Shown in pieces: positions 19,241-29,600 of a stretch of DNA of 64,000 bases. Both the position numbers and the translations under genes were made by a program. The notes under the pieces were generated by a model that ran no database searches, was not told the origin of the DNA, and saw only the letters and a program-made list of their open reading frames with translations. Source of the stretch: Candidatus Bathyarchaeia archaeon (GTDB lineage Archaea > Thermoproteota > Bathyarchaeia > Bathyarchaeales > Bathycorpusculaceae); NCBI GenBank assembly GCA_049512075.1, contig JBEKXL010000011.1, forward strand, positions 9,312 through 73,311, written 5' to 3'. Numbering within the stretch: the stretch's first letter is position 1; each line of letters opens with the position of its first letter.

Positions 19241-20035
19241 ATGAGTTTGCAGAAAGGCAATTTCATACTGGTGGACTACGTCGCCAAAGTCAAGGAGACT
19301 GGTGAAGTCTTCGATACAACCCTTGAAGAAACAGCCAAGAAGGAACACATGTACAAGGAAGGCGACACCTACGAGCCCAAGCTGGTGGTCATCGGCGAGG
19401 GATGGGTCATCAAGGCTCTGGATGAAAACCTGACAACGATGGAAGTAGACAAGGCTGCTGTGGTAGAAATTCCGCCTGACAAAGCCTTTGGCCCCAGAGA
19501 CCCAGAAAAGGTCAAACGGGTCCCGCTTAGGCAGCTACTGGCCAAAGACATCACGCCAACGCTGGGAAAGCGCGTCGAATACGGCGGCAAAACGGCCACG
19601 GTCCGAGCCATAGGAGCTGGGCGAGTTCTCCTCGACTTCAACCCCCCACTCGCGGGAAAAACACTCGTCTACGACACGACCGTCAAGAAGAAACTCGAAA
19701 CAGTGAATGAGAAAATAGCCGCGCTAATTCACCGTCGAATACCCGCCGTCGAGCAAGGCAAGTTCCAATTCACCGTGAAGCCAAAAACCGTGAACATCGA
19801 GATGCCAGAAGAAGCCTTCTATCTGGAAGGAGTTCAGCTTGCAAAAAGAGGCATAGCCACGGACATTCACAGATTCCTCGAAGGAATAACAACAGTCAAG
19901 TTTGCTGAAACCTTCAAGGCTGAACCCAAAAAAACCGAGGCCAAGCCTGAAAAAGAGCCTGAAAAAGAGCCTGAAAAAGAGCCTGAAAAGGAACAGAAAA
20001 CAGAGCAGGCGGCCGAAGCCGAAGTCAAGACCTAG
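19241..20035 (+). CDS. Long-type FKBP peptidyl-prolyl isomerase
   Basis: GEVFDTT, IPPDKAFG, LDFNPPLAGKTL; (EPEK)n acidic tail. Confidence 0.93.
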   Translation: MSLQKGNFILVDYVAKVKETGEVFDTTLEETAKKEHMYKEGDTYEPKLVVIGEGWVIKALDENLTTMEVDKAAVVEIPPDKAFGPRDPEKVKRVPLRQLLAKDITPTLGKRVEYGGKTATVRAIGAGRVLLDFNPPLAGKTLVYDTTVKKKLETVNEKIAALIHRRIPAVEQGKFQFTVKPKTVNIEMPEEAFYLEGVQLAKRGIATDIHRFLEGITTVKFAETFKAEPKKTEAKPEKEPEKEPEKEPEKEQKTEQAAEAEVKT

Positions 20036-20079
20036 CTCTTCGCAAGCAATATGAAGGGAACGCGTGCAACTTCAGTTTT

Positions 20080-21147
20080 CTAGATGACCTCGGTCACTTT
20101 TGCCAAGTGTTCGTAGGACTCGCGTCTCAGATTCAGCTTGTTCAGAATCGTGTATCTCTCAGGTCTCATGGACGTAGCCATCTTCAAAGCTTTAATCACG
20201 TCTTCCTTCTCCACGCCGAGCCCCCGCGCGTTGGTAGGCGCCCCGAGCTTCTTCAAAGCGTCTCGTAAATGCTTCCAATTTCCCCCGTGCAGGTATGTCA
20301 TCATTATCGTCCCCACACCGCATCTCTCACCATGCATTCCGTGATTAGGCCTAATCACGTCAAGCGCATGGCTGAACAGGTGTTCCGAACCGCTGCAAGG
20401 GCGACTGCTCCCAGCTATGCTCATCGACACCCCACAGCTTATCAACGCCTCCAACAGGATCCGCAAGCCTTCCTCGTTCCCAGCCCTCATTAAACTCGCG
20501 TTCTGCATGACGTGCTTCGCACTCATCAAAGCCAGGCTTGCAGCATATCCTCCGAAATACTCGTTTTTGTCCTCATGCGCCAGCTTCCAGTCTTTCACCG
20601 CCGTGAACTTTGCGATGACGTCTTCACAACCGCTCACAGCGAAACGCCAAGGAGCCTGCATTATTATCTTCGTGTCCGCCACGATAGCCAACGGTGCCTG
20701 AGCCAGAACCGAGTACGGCTTCTCGTAACCTTTGATGGAAGACAGGGGACTCGCGATTCCGTCGTGAGAAGCCGTCGTGGGAACACTGATGAAGGGAATA
20801 CCCTGATTGGCAGAGCTGCACTTGGCAACGTCAATCTTGGTCCCGCCACCCACGGCAAACACGATCTGCGGCTTCAACGCCTCGATTCTCTGTTCAACAG
20901 CCTTCACGTCGCTCGCACTTGCACACTCAACGAGGAAAGTCTTAACAGTCATTCCTTCCTTTTTCTCGAGAAGCTCCTTCACCCTCTTGCCAGCGACGTT
21001 GAAAGTCTTCGAACCTGCAATGATGAGCGCAGACTCTGCAAAACCCAGACGTCGCGAGATCTCTCCTATGCGCTCTATCGCCCCGTGTCCAACGATGACC
21101 TCTCTCGGAAACTGCATTCGATGATGTTTAAGGGGCACAACAATCAC
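20080..21147 (-). CDS. egsA: NAD(P)-dependent glycerol-1-phosphate dehydrogenase
   Basis: VGGGTKIDVAK, PTTASHDGIASP, SSRPCSGSEHLFSHALD, HGE, RPERYTIL. Confidence 0.96.
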   Translation of the reverse strand: MIVVPLKHHRMQFPREVIVGHGAIERIGEISRRLGFAESALIIAGSKTFNVAGKRVKELLEKKEGMTVKTFLVECASASDVKAVEQRIEALKPQIVFAVGGGTKIDVAKCSSANQGIPFISVPTTASHDGIASPLSSIKGYEKPYSVLAQAPLAIVADTKIIMQAPWRFAVSGCEDVIAKFTAVKDWKLAHEDKNEYFGGYAASLALMSAKHVMQNASLMRAGNEEGLRILLEALISCGVSMSIAGSSRPCSGSEHLFSHALDVIRPNHGMHGERCGVGTIMMTYLHGGNWKHLRDALKKLGAPTNARGLGVEKEDVIKALKMATSMRPERYTILNKLNLRRESYEHLAKVTEVI

Positions 21148-21363
21148 GGCTTAATCGCGTATCAGCAACTGTTTTCATAGCGATTTGCATTTAAACCTTA
21201 AAAAGGCTTCTCATAGAAGCACAAGCCCCCAACTTTGTCCCAAACAGTGTCTAACAAAACCAGATGTTCTCAAACCGGCTCAAACCATCATCGGCCGGCC
21301 CAGACCCTCGACACGCAGAAAGCAAGTTTGAGAAGAGGTGAGAGATAAATACGTGGTTAAACA

Positions 21364-21894
21364 ATGTTCGAGACAGAGGGAAACAAGTTGCCGTCTTGTA
21401 GAAACTGTGGAAACGAGTTGTCCGAAGGAGCACTCTACTGTCCGAAATGCGGAACTCCAGTGCAGGCGGCACCGCAGCTCAGGCTGGCCTTCTGGGGGGA
21501 AAGGTTCTTGGCATGGTTGGTAGACGTTGTTGTTCTGGGCATCGTCATGGCACCGATAAGCCTTCTCACTTGGCTAGGGTGGTCTGGCTTCGCCATCGTA
21601 CCGCGCTTTCCGTTTTGGATTCCATTCGTCAACTTCGGACTCAGCAACGTCGTATATTTACTGTACTGGATGTTGATGGAGGGAATCTACGGGCGATCGT
21701 TGGGCAAAATGCTCATGAGACTAAAAGTCACGCGGTTGGACGGTGAACCAATCGACATGGCACAGGCAGCCTTAGAAAGCGTTGGAAAGGCTTTCTTGCT
21801 TCCGCTAGACCTTATTCTAGGATGGATTCTTCATCCAAGAAAGAGACAGAGAATATTCAACTTCCTGTCAGGAACTATCGTCGTGAGGGCCTGA
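21364..21894 (+). CDS. RDD family membrane protein with N-terminal zinc ribbon
   Basis: CRNC/CPKC; RFLAWLVD; GRSLGKMLMRLKV. Confidence 0.88.
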   Translation: MFETEGNKLPSCRNCGNELSEGALYCPKCGTPVQAAPQLRLAFWGERFLAWLVDVVVLGIVMAPISLLTWLGWSGFAIVPRFPFWIPFVNFGLSNVVYLLYWMLMEGIYGRSLGKMLMRLKVTRLDGEPIDMAQAALESVGKAFLLPLDLILGWILHPRKRQRIFNFLSGTIVVRA

Positions 21895-22132
21895 GAACGC
21901 GCGATGGAGTCTTGGCTCTGACTTGCAGGCTGAAAAGATGACAGGTTGCACGCAGAAAACCTGCTCATGCCTTGCAGGCGCTTCTCAAGCTCGGCGGTTT
22001 TTGTTACCGATGGTTTTTGTTGTTTCTGTGTTTTGTGAGCACAATGTTAATTAACACCTTGATCATGATTAGATGATGCTACTTCCTTGCGAAGTAATTT
22101 GTCCGCATTTAGGTTTTGGGAGAAGATTGAAA

Positions 22133-22774
22133 ATGGCAAGCAACAGTGATGTAATGAACAGGCTAGCGTTGAGAGGAACCACAACAATCGGCGCAGTCTG
22201 CAAGGACGGCGTAATATTGGCGTCAGACACGCGGGTAACCATGGGTTTCTACGTGGCCCACAAACACGGGAAAAAAGTGTATCAGATAGACGACCACTTG
22301 GCCATGACTATTGCTGGAAGCGTCGCCGATGCTCAAAAGGCTGTCGACATACTCACAGCTAACGCGCACCTTTACCGCGTGAACTTGGGAAGGCCTTTGC
22401 CCGTGAACTCTGCCGCTAGGTTCTTGTCAAACCTGCTGTTTTCAGCCAGATACGTGCCCCTCTTGGCCCAGGTTCTCGTGGGCGGCGTGGATGACACCGG
22501 GCCGCACGTGTTCTCGATAGATCCCTTCGGCAGTCTGACGGAGGAAAAATATGTTTCCACGGGTTCAGGATCTCCGGTGGCTTATGGCATACTGGAGGAC
22601 AAGTTCCGGGAGGACGCGACCGTGAAGGAAATGTTGCCCGTAATCGCGAAGGCCGTTAATGCTTCCATGAAGCGCGACGCGGCGAGCGGAGACAGTTTCA
22701 ACGTCGCCGTGATAGATGAGAAGGGCTACAGGGATTTGACTGACAAGGAGAAGAAACAGCTTCTAGCCGATTGA
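22133..22774 (+). CDS. psmB: Proteasome beta subunit
   Basis: Propeptide followed by G-TTTIG (catalytic Thr), ASDTR, GSGS and RDAASG. Confidence 0.96.
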   Translation: MASNSDVMNRLALRGTTTIGAVCKDGVILASDTRVTMGFYVAHKHGKKVYQIDDHLAMTIAGSVADAQKAVDILTANAHLYRVNLGRPLPVNSAARFLSNLLFSARYVPLLAQVLVGGVDDTGPHVFSIDPFGSLTEEKYVSTGSGSPVAYGILEDKFREDATVKEMLPVIAKAVNASMKRDAASGDSFNVAVIDEKGYRDLTDKEKKQLLAD

Positions 22775-22787
22775 GGAAGTTAAAAGG

Positions 22788-24704
22788 GTGCAGGACTCGG
22801 GTAGGGAAAAGATAGAAATCAGTCAGTACATTCTGGGGCATGTTCCGAAAGAGGCTGAAGTGACGAGGATAGAGTATGAAGGCTCAACGCTTGCTGTTTA
22901 TACCAAGCGGCCTGAGGTGCTCGTTGAGCAGAGCAGTGTCATCGCCAACATAGTTAATGTGATAAGGAAACGGATAGTCATCCGCTCTGATCCTTCTGTG
23001 AGGCTCCAGGAGGCTGAGGCTGAAAGAATCGCGAAGGACATAATCTCGCCTGAGGCAGAGGTTACGGACATAAACTTTGACCCCAGCTTGGGCGAGATAA
23101 TAATCGACGCCAAGAAGCCTGGGCTTGTGATAGGGAAGAACGGGACGGTTCTGCAGGAGATAATCAGGCGGACTAAGTGGCGGCCCCACGTGTTGAGAAG
23201 CCCACCTTTAAAGTCTAAAATCATTACTCACATGCGTCACTATCTACACTCTGAGAGCAAGGAGAGAGAGCGGATTCTGCGAACCGTCGGGGAAAGGATT
23301 TTCAGGCCTAAGGCTTTTGAGGTTGGAGACGTCAGGATCACGGCGCTTGGCGGTTTTCAGGAGGTTGGAAGGTCCGCGATGCTTGTCCAGACCCGCGAAA
23401 GCAGTGTGCTACTGGACTGTGGCATAAACCCAGGTTCGACAAGACCGTTTGAGGCTTTTCCGAGACTTGACAACCCCGCGTTTGAGATGGAGTCCTTGGA
23501 CGCGGTTGTCGTTAGCCATGCTCACCTGGACCACTGTGGGCTTATACCGTTTTTGTACAAGTATGGTTATGACGGTCCGATTTACTGTACGGCGCCCACT
23601 TCAAACCTGATGACGTTGCTTCAGCTAGACTATTTGGACGTAGCGGGCAAGCAGGGTGTGACACCTTACTATGATCAGAAAGACGTGCGTGAATCTGTGT
23701 TGCACACGATGCCCCTGCGTTTTGGCGTCGTCACGGACATCGCTCCAGATGTCAGGTTAACCCTGCACAACGCTGGTCACATCTTGGGTTCTGCCATGGT
23801 TCACCTGCACGTGGGCGAGGGCCTACACAACATCGTTTACACGGGTGATTACAAGTTTTCTCGGACGATGCTTCTGGAGGGGGCGACTACCGAGTTTCCG
23901 AGGGTTGAGACGGTGATTACCGAGAGCACGTACGGCGGTCCGGATGACATTATGCCTTCCCGGATTGAAGCTGAGGAGAGGTTGGCGGCTATCGTGAACC
24001 AGACTTTGGAGCGCAAGGGCAAGGTTTTGATTCCGGTGCCGGCTGTGGGCAGGGCGCAGGAGATCATGTTAGTCCTCGACGATTACATGCGGCGCGGAGT
24101 CATGAAGGAGGCTCCAGTTTTCATCGAGGGAATGATTTCCGAGGCAACGGCGATTCACACGGCTTACCCAGAGTACTTGGGCAGAGAGGTTCGCAACAGC
24201 ATACTTCACGACGGTGTTAACCCTTTTCAGTCGGATTACTTCACGATTGTGGAGCATCCGAGCGTAAGGCAGGAGATAATCGAGGGCGAGCCGTGTATAA
24301 TAATGGCCACATCCGGAATGCTTGAGGGCGGACCTGTAATAGAATACTTCAAAAGCTTGGCGGACAACCCTGACAACTCGATAGTTTTTGTGAGCTATCA
24401 GATTGAGGGCACGATGGGGAGAAGAGTGCAGAAGGGCTTGAACGAAGTGGCCGTGATGACTCCGGAGGGCAAGATGGACGTTGCCAAGGTCAGACTGCGC
24501 ACGGAGTCGATTGAAGGCTTCTCAGGGCACAGCGACAGAAGGCAAATATTCAATTACGTGACACACTTGCAGCCGAAGCCTGAGAGGGTGGTCGTGTGTC
24601 ATGGTGAGAGAGCCAAGTGCTTGAGCATGGCTAATTTCATCGAGAGAAGATGTGAAGTTCAGACCCTTGTTCCTGCGGTTATGGAGACCTTCAGGCTGCT
24701 GTAG
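22788..24704 (+). CDS. fttA: Beta-CASP ribonuclease aCPSF1 (FttA) with N-terminal KH domains
   Basis: KKPGLVIGKNG, HAHLDH, AGHILGS, ESTYG, FSGHSD; conserved psmB-aCPSF1 synteny. Confidence 0.96.
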   Translation: MQDSGREKIEISQYILGHVPKEAEVTRIEYEGSTLAVYTKRPEVLVEQSSVIANIVNVIRKRIVIRSDPSVRLQEAEAERIAKDIISPEAEVTDINFDPSLGEIIIDAKKPGLVIGKNGTVLQEIIRRTKWRPHVLRSPPLKSKIITHMRHYLHSESKERERILRTVGERIFRPKAFEVGDVRITALGGFQEVGRSAMLVQTRESSVLLDCGINPGSTRPFEAFPRLDNPAFEMESLDAVVVSHAHLDHCGLIPFLYKYGYDGPIYCTAPTSNLMTLLQLDYLDVAGKQGVTPYYDQKDVRESVLHTMPLRFGVVTDIAPDVRLTLHNAGHILGSAMVHLHVGEGLHNIVYTGDYKFSRTMLLEGATTEFPRVETVITESTYGGPDDIMPSRIEAEERLAAIVNQTLERKGKVLIPVPAVGRAQEIMLVLDDYMRRGVMKEAPVFIEGMISEATAIHTAYPEYLGREVRNSILHDGVNPFQSDYFTIVEHPSVRQEIIEGEPCIIMATSGMLEGGPVIEYFKSLADNPDNSIVFVSYQIEGTMGRRVQKGLNEVAVMTPEGKMDVAKVRLRTESIEGFSGHSDRRQIFNYVTHLQPKPERVVVCHGERAKCLSMANFIERRCEVQTLVPAVMETFRLL

Positions 24705-25050
24705 GTATGGGCTCGTTGGAGACAGATGCTTTTTCTCGCCAGATCTTCACGTTTGGAGGGCAGATTACTACACGTTCCTCGCCCAGCCTTGCGATGTCTC
24801 CTCCGACGGATTCGGCGAACTCGCTTAACTCGTTGACGGCGCGTTTAACGTCGTCGATGCTCTTGTTCGCGAGGGGGGTTATCCTCAGAATGAGAATGTT
24901 TCCGGACTTCACCTCGGCCTTCACCGAGTCGATGTCCGACAGTTCACGGAGGGGCATGGCTTTCAAGTAGGCTTTGCCAGAACCGTCCTTGGCGTCAGCT
25001 TCCTTCTCGTCCTTTTTGGACTTTCGGAGCAATCCACCCAATCCTGGCAA
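24691..25050 (-). CDS. sepF: Cell division protein SepF
   Basis: VKSGNILILRI...GGDIARLGEERVVICPPNVKI. Confidence 0.85.
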   Translation of the reverse strand: MPGLGGLLRKSKKDEKEADAKDGSGKAYLKAMPLRELSDIDSVKAEVKSGNILILRITPLANKSIDDVKRAVNELSEFAESVGGDIARLGEERVVICPPNVKIWREKASVSNEPIPTAA

Positions 25051-25488
25051 ACTTCTCCTCTCTTAAGCTTTATTCGGGGTTCAAGAGTTTAAGCATTTCC
25101 CAAGACTAACGTGTGAAATGTTATGCGAATTGACTATTAAAGTGTTCTAGAATTCCGCGTTTGCACATATAAATGTTGCACGTTTCCAACCAACGATGAG
25201 GAAAGGGAATTGTGTACCGTATGCATAGTTCATTGTCGTCCGTTTTGACAAATGGAAAGCCTATGTTTGTCGTAGAGAGTTCAGGGTTTTGAGCCCAGAT
25301 TCGTGATTTTTCGATGTTAAAACGGTCAAGTACGTGTCCTATGTCGAGGGAACAGAGTTGCTGGGATCCCCTTGGAGCGGAGGATGTTAAGATCAACTAT
25401 GTTTGGCGGGGGTTCGACAACACAGTTAGTAGCAAGAATGAGCTTTCGCGGGAATGATTCTGCCATGGTTCGTCACGCGCGTTATTGT

Positions 25489-25998
25489 TCAGGTTGCCGT
25501 GGTGAGTTGTTTCAGTTGGTTCCAAGTTCTGTCTCCGACGTAGTGTATGTTTTTGATGACGATGCCTTGTTTGATGTTTTTTGCCTGTTCTATGTCGTAA
25601 AGTGTTTCTCCGAGCGCGATTGGCTTTCCGTGTTTCTCGTCTATTGCGATGACGAGGTCGCCTTTTTGGAATTCGCCGCTGAACCCTCTTATTCCGGGTG
25701 CCATTATGTTTGCTCCTTTGCATACGTAGGGGACTGCCCCCATGTCGACGGTGACTCTGGGAGCATGGTCGATGAATTCCTTGAACGTCAGTGTCGGGTA
25801 GAGGTCTTCTTCGGTTTGGGCCAGGGCTGGTTTTCCGTTTATGAGGAAGAGTTCGATGGATTCTGTTTTGATTACTTCAACGTTGGCTTTGTCCTTCAGG
25901 ATTTGTCCTAAGTCGATTCTGAGTCTTCTTGAAGCTTTGTCCAGAAGCTCCTTAGATTCTCTTGCTTTCAAGAAGTATCGTCTGTGTTTTTCAGACAT
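25489..25998 (-). CDS. PUA-domain RNA-binding protein (DUF1947/Tma20-like)
   Basis: PTL...VTVDMGAVPYVCKGANIMAPGI...IHYVGD. Confidence 0.92.
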   Translation of the reverse strand: MSEKHRRYFLKARESKELLDKASRRLRIDLGQILKDKANVEVIKTESIELFLINGKPALAQTEEDLYPTLTFKEFIDHAPRVTVDMGAVPYVCKGANIMAPGIRGFSGEFQKGDLVIAIDEKHGKPIALGETLYDIEQAKNIKQGIVIKNIHYVGDRTWNQLKQLTTAT

Positions 25999-26077
25999 TC
26001 TGCTTCTCTCTTAGATAAGGTTTAAATGTATAGGTTTAGGTATAAAAGGCATGACATCATGGGTTTGAGGGTTCAAA

Positions 26078-26305
26078 ATGAGCGAAATGACGACTGAGAT
26101 ACTTGAGCAGAACTTGGGAAAAATCGTGCTCGTAAGACTGAAAGGCGGAAAAAACCTACGTGGAAAACTCAAAGGGTTCGATCAACATTTGAACCTTGTT
26201 CTGGAAGAGACGGAAGATACCACGACCTCTGAGAACATTAGGAAACTGGGGCAGATAATCGTCCGAGGAGACAACGTGGTTCTCATTTCACCGCCGCCAA
26301 GGTGA
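26078..26305 (+). CDS. Sm-like archaeal protein (SmAP/LSm)
   Basis: VLVRLKGG...[10 protein letters not shown]...[11 protein letters not shown]; adjacent to L37e. Confidence 0.95.
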   Translation: MSEMTTEILEQNLGKIVLVRLKGGKNLRGKLKGFDQHLNLVLEETEDTTTSENIRKLGQIIVRGDNVVLISPPPR

Positions 26306-26499
26306 CACCGTTGGGAAAGGGAACACCCTCCTTCGGCAAACGCCAAGGCAAAACGGTTCACATAAAATGCAGGCGATGCGGAAGAAGATCGTACAACGTG
26401 ACCAAAATGCGATGCGCAGCCTGCGGCTACGGAGCAACACCAATTCTCAAAACCTATTCTTGGAGAACCAAAACCATCAACAGAGAAAGAACGCGTTAA
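26302..26499 (+). CDS. rpl37e: 50S ribosomal protein L37e
   Basis: [10 protein letters not shown]...[12 protein letters not shown]...CAACGYG. Confidence 0.95.
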   Translation: MTPLGKGTPSFGKRQGKTVHIKCRRCGRRSYNVTKMRCAACGYGATPILKTYSWRTKTINRERTR

Positions 26500-26666
26500 T
26501 GCGTTGCCAAGGCTGTAATGATGATTCTTAAGTAGCACTTTCGAACGGTGCTTTCCAGGGACGCGTTAAGAACCTTTCAATCAATTTCTTGAGAAGAAAA
26601 CGTTAAAAAAGTGAAGCAATGATACAATAGCTATTCATAGGTCGCAGGGATTAAGAAGAAAAGAAA

Positions 26667-29600
26667 ATGAAGAAAAGAATAGCTGTTACATGCTTGCTGG
26701 CTCTGTTCATTTTCGCTGCCTTAATGTACTTTGCAACTGTAGTACCTTTTTCCACATATAATAACCTGGTGCATGCCCAAGGTCCGTGGACCTTAACCGT
26801 TAATTCTGCTCATGATAGTCCGACAGGCGGTGGGACGTACAATGATAATGATCCTGCTACTTCTAGTGTTTCTAGTCCTGTTGTTGAGGGTGGGCATTCT
26901 TACACTTGTACTGGGTGGTCTGGCACTGGTGATTTTGCGTCTGGTGGATCTGGTACTACTGCTGGCCCCTTTGCGATGACTCAGGGTTCGAGTATTACTT
27001 GGAATTGGGAGCTTACCCCGTGGACCTTAACCGTTAATTCTGCTCATGATAGTCCGAGTCCGAGTGTTGGGCCTCACACGTACAATGATGGTGACCCTGT
27101 TACTTGCAGTGTTACGAGTCCTGTCACTGAGGGCAGTACTGTTTGGACTTGTACTGGTTGGACGGGTACTGGTTCTGTTCCGTCGACTGGTTCTGGTTCC
27201 TCAACGGGCAGTTTCACAATAACTCAAGACTCAACCATTACTTGGAGTTGGCAGGGTGCGCCTGTTCAGTGGACGTTGACTGTTTCTTCTGCTAATGATA
27301 GTCCGAGTCCGAGTGTTGGGCCTCACACGTACAATGATGGTGATTCGGTTACCTGTACTGTTTCTAGTCCTGTTGTTGAGGGTGGGCATTCTTACACTTG
27401 TACTGGGTGGTCTGGCACTGGTGATTTTGCGTCTGGTGGATCTGGTACTACTGCTGGCCCCTTTGCGATGACTCAGGGTTCGAGTATTACTTGGAATTGG
27501 GAGCTTACCCCGTGGACCTTAACCGTTAATTCTGCTCATGATAGTCCGAGTCCGAGTGTTGGGCCTCACACGTACAATGATGGTGACCCTGTTACTTGCA
27601 GTGTTACCAGCCCAGTGACTGAGGGCAGTTCAATTTGGACGTGCACCGGCTGGTCGGGTTATGGTTCTGTTGCATCAAGCGGTACTGGCACTTCGGTATC
27701 GTTTAGTATAGCTCAGAACTCAGGTATAACTTGGACTTGGCAGGTTTTCAATCATACGTTGACTGTTTCTTCGCCTCATGATAGTCCAAACCCAAGCAAC
27801 GGTCCGCACACGTACAGTGATGGTTCTTTGGTTACTTGTAGTGTTACGAGTCCTGTGACTGAAGGCAGTATTGTCTGGACTTGTACTGGTTGGACGGGTA
27901 CTGGTTCTGTTCCGTCGACTGGTTCTGGTTCTTCAACGAGTTTCACTATGGCTCAGGATTCATCTGTCACTTGGAATTGGCATGGTGCACTTGTTCAGCG
28001 TACGTTGACGGTTTATTCTGCTCATGGAAGTCCGACTCCTAGTGTTGGCAGTCACCTTTATGACGATGGTTCTTCTGTTACATGCAGTGTTTCCAGCCCT
28101 GTGACTGAAGGCAGTACTGTTTGGACGTGCATTGGCTGGAATGGTACTGGTTCTGTTCCACCAAGCGGCAGTAGTACCACAGTATCGTTTACTATAACTC
28201 AGGATTCAAGCATAACTTGGAACTGGCAAGGGGGTGCTGCTCAGCATACGTTGACTGTTTCTTCTGCTCATGACAGTCCCAATCCAGGCAATGGTCCGCA
28301 TGTGTACAGTGATGGTTCCTATGTTACCTGCAACGTCACGAGTCCTGTGACTGAGGGCAGTATTGTTTGGACTTGTACTGGTTGGACGGGTTCTGGTTCT
28401 GTTCCGTCTAGTGGTTCTGGTTCTTCTGTGTCTTTTGCGATAGGTCAGGATTCGTCTATTACTTGGAATTGGCAGGGTTCACTTGTTCAGCATTCGTTGA
28501 CTGTTTCTTCACTTCATGATAGTCCAAACCCAAGCAACGGTCCGCACACGTACAGTGATGGTTCTTCAGTTACTTGTAGTGTTACGAGTCCTGTGACTGA
28601 GAGTGGTACTGTTTGGACTTGTACTGGTTGGACGGGTTCTGGTTCTGTTCCGTCTAGTGGTTCTGGTTCTTCTGTGTCTTTTGCGATAGGTCAGGATTCG
28701 TCTATTACTTGGAATTGGCATGGCAACGCTCCTCAGCACAATCTGACCGTTACATCCGTCCATGGAACTCCCAGCCCGGCTGTTGGCAAACACCCCTATG
28801 ACCAAGGTGACAATGTTACTTGCAGCGTCACTAGCCCCGTGACTGAAAACAGTGTTACGTATTTTTGTACGGGTTGGTCTGGTTCTGGTTCTGTCCCACC
28901 TACAGGCTCCGGCACTTCTGTGACCTTTACGATACTTCAGGATTCATCTATAACATGGAATTGGAAGGTCGAATGGAAGTTGACTGTTGCATCTGCTCAC
29001 GGTAGTCCGAGTCCGGCTGTTGGCGATCACTTCTACAATGACAAGGCTTCGGTTACCTGCAATGTTTCCAGTCCCGTGATCGAGGCAGGTCTTTCCTACA
29101 CTTGCACCGGCTTGTTGGGCACAGGTTCCGTTCCGTCTAACGGCAGCGGTATATCTGTGACGTTCTCGATAACTCAAAACTCGACCATAACTTGGAACTG
29201 GGTTGTGACTCCATCTGTTCACTGGAACTTGACCGTTGTTTCTGCTCACGGAAATCCTGACCCGGCTGTTGGTGATCATCTGTACAATGATGGGGCTTCA
29301 GTTCCTTGCAATGTTACCAGTCCTGTGGTTGAGGCTGGCGTGTCTTACACTTGCATCGGTTGGACGGGTTCTGGTTTTGTTCCATCCAGTGGTAGCGACA
29401 CTTCTGTGACGTTTACGATAACAGAGAACTCGAGCATAACTTGGAACTGGGCTGTTTCTTCGAATGTTCGGAACTTGGCTGTCACATCAGCTCACGGCAG
29501 TCCGAGTCCGAGTGTCGGCGATCATCCATACACCGACGGCAGTCCGCTTACTTGTAGTGTTACGAGTCCAGTTACTGAGGCAGGTCAGGTTTGGAATTGT

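Noticed and set aside
19946-19990. 12-bp tandem repeat cctgaaaaagag
   Set aside because: It encodes the ordinary (EPEK)n acidic tail of the FKBP.
24691-24704. 14-nt convergent overlap of aCPSF1 and sepF
   Set aside because: Short 3' overlaps are common in compact archaeal genomes.
25372-25911. 179-aa plus-strand ORF and similar long antisense ORFs (e.g. 20512-21180, 44006-44545, 10221-10700)
   Set aside because: These are shadow ORFs opposite well-supported genes.
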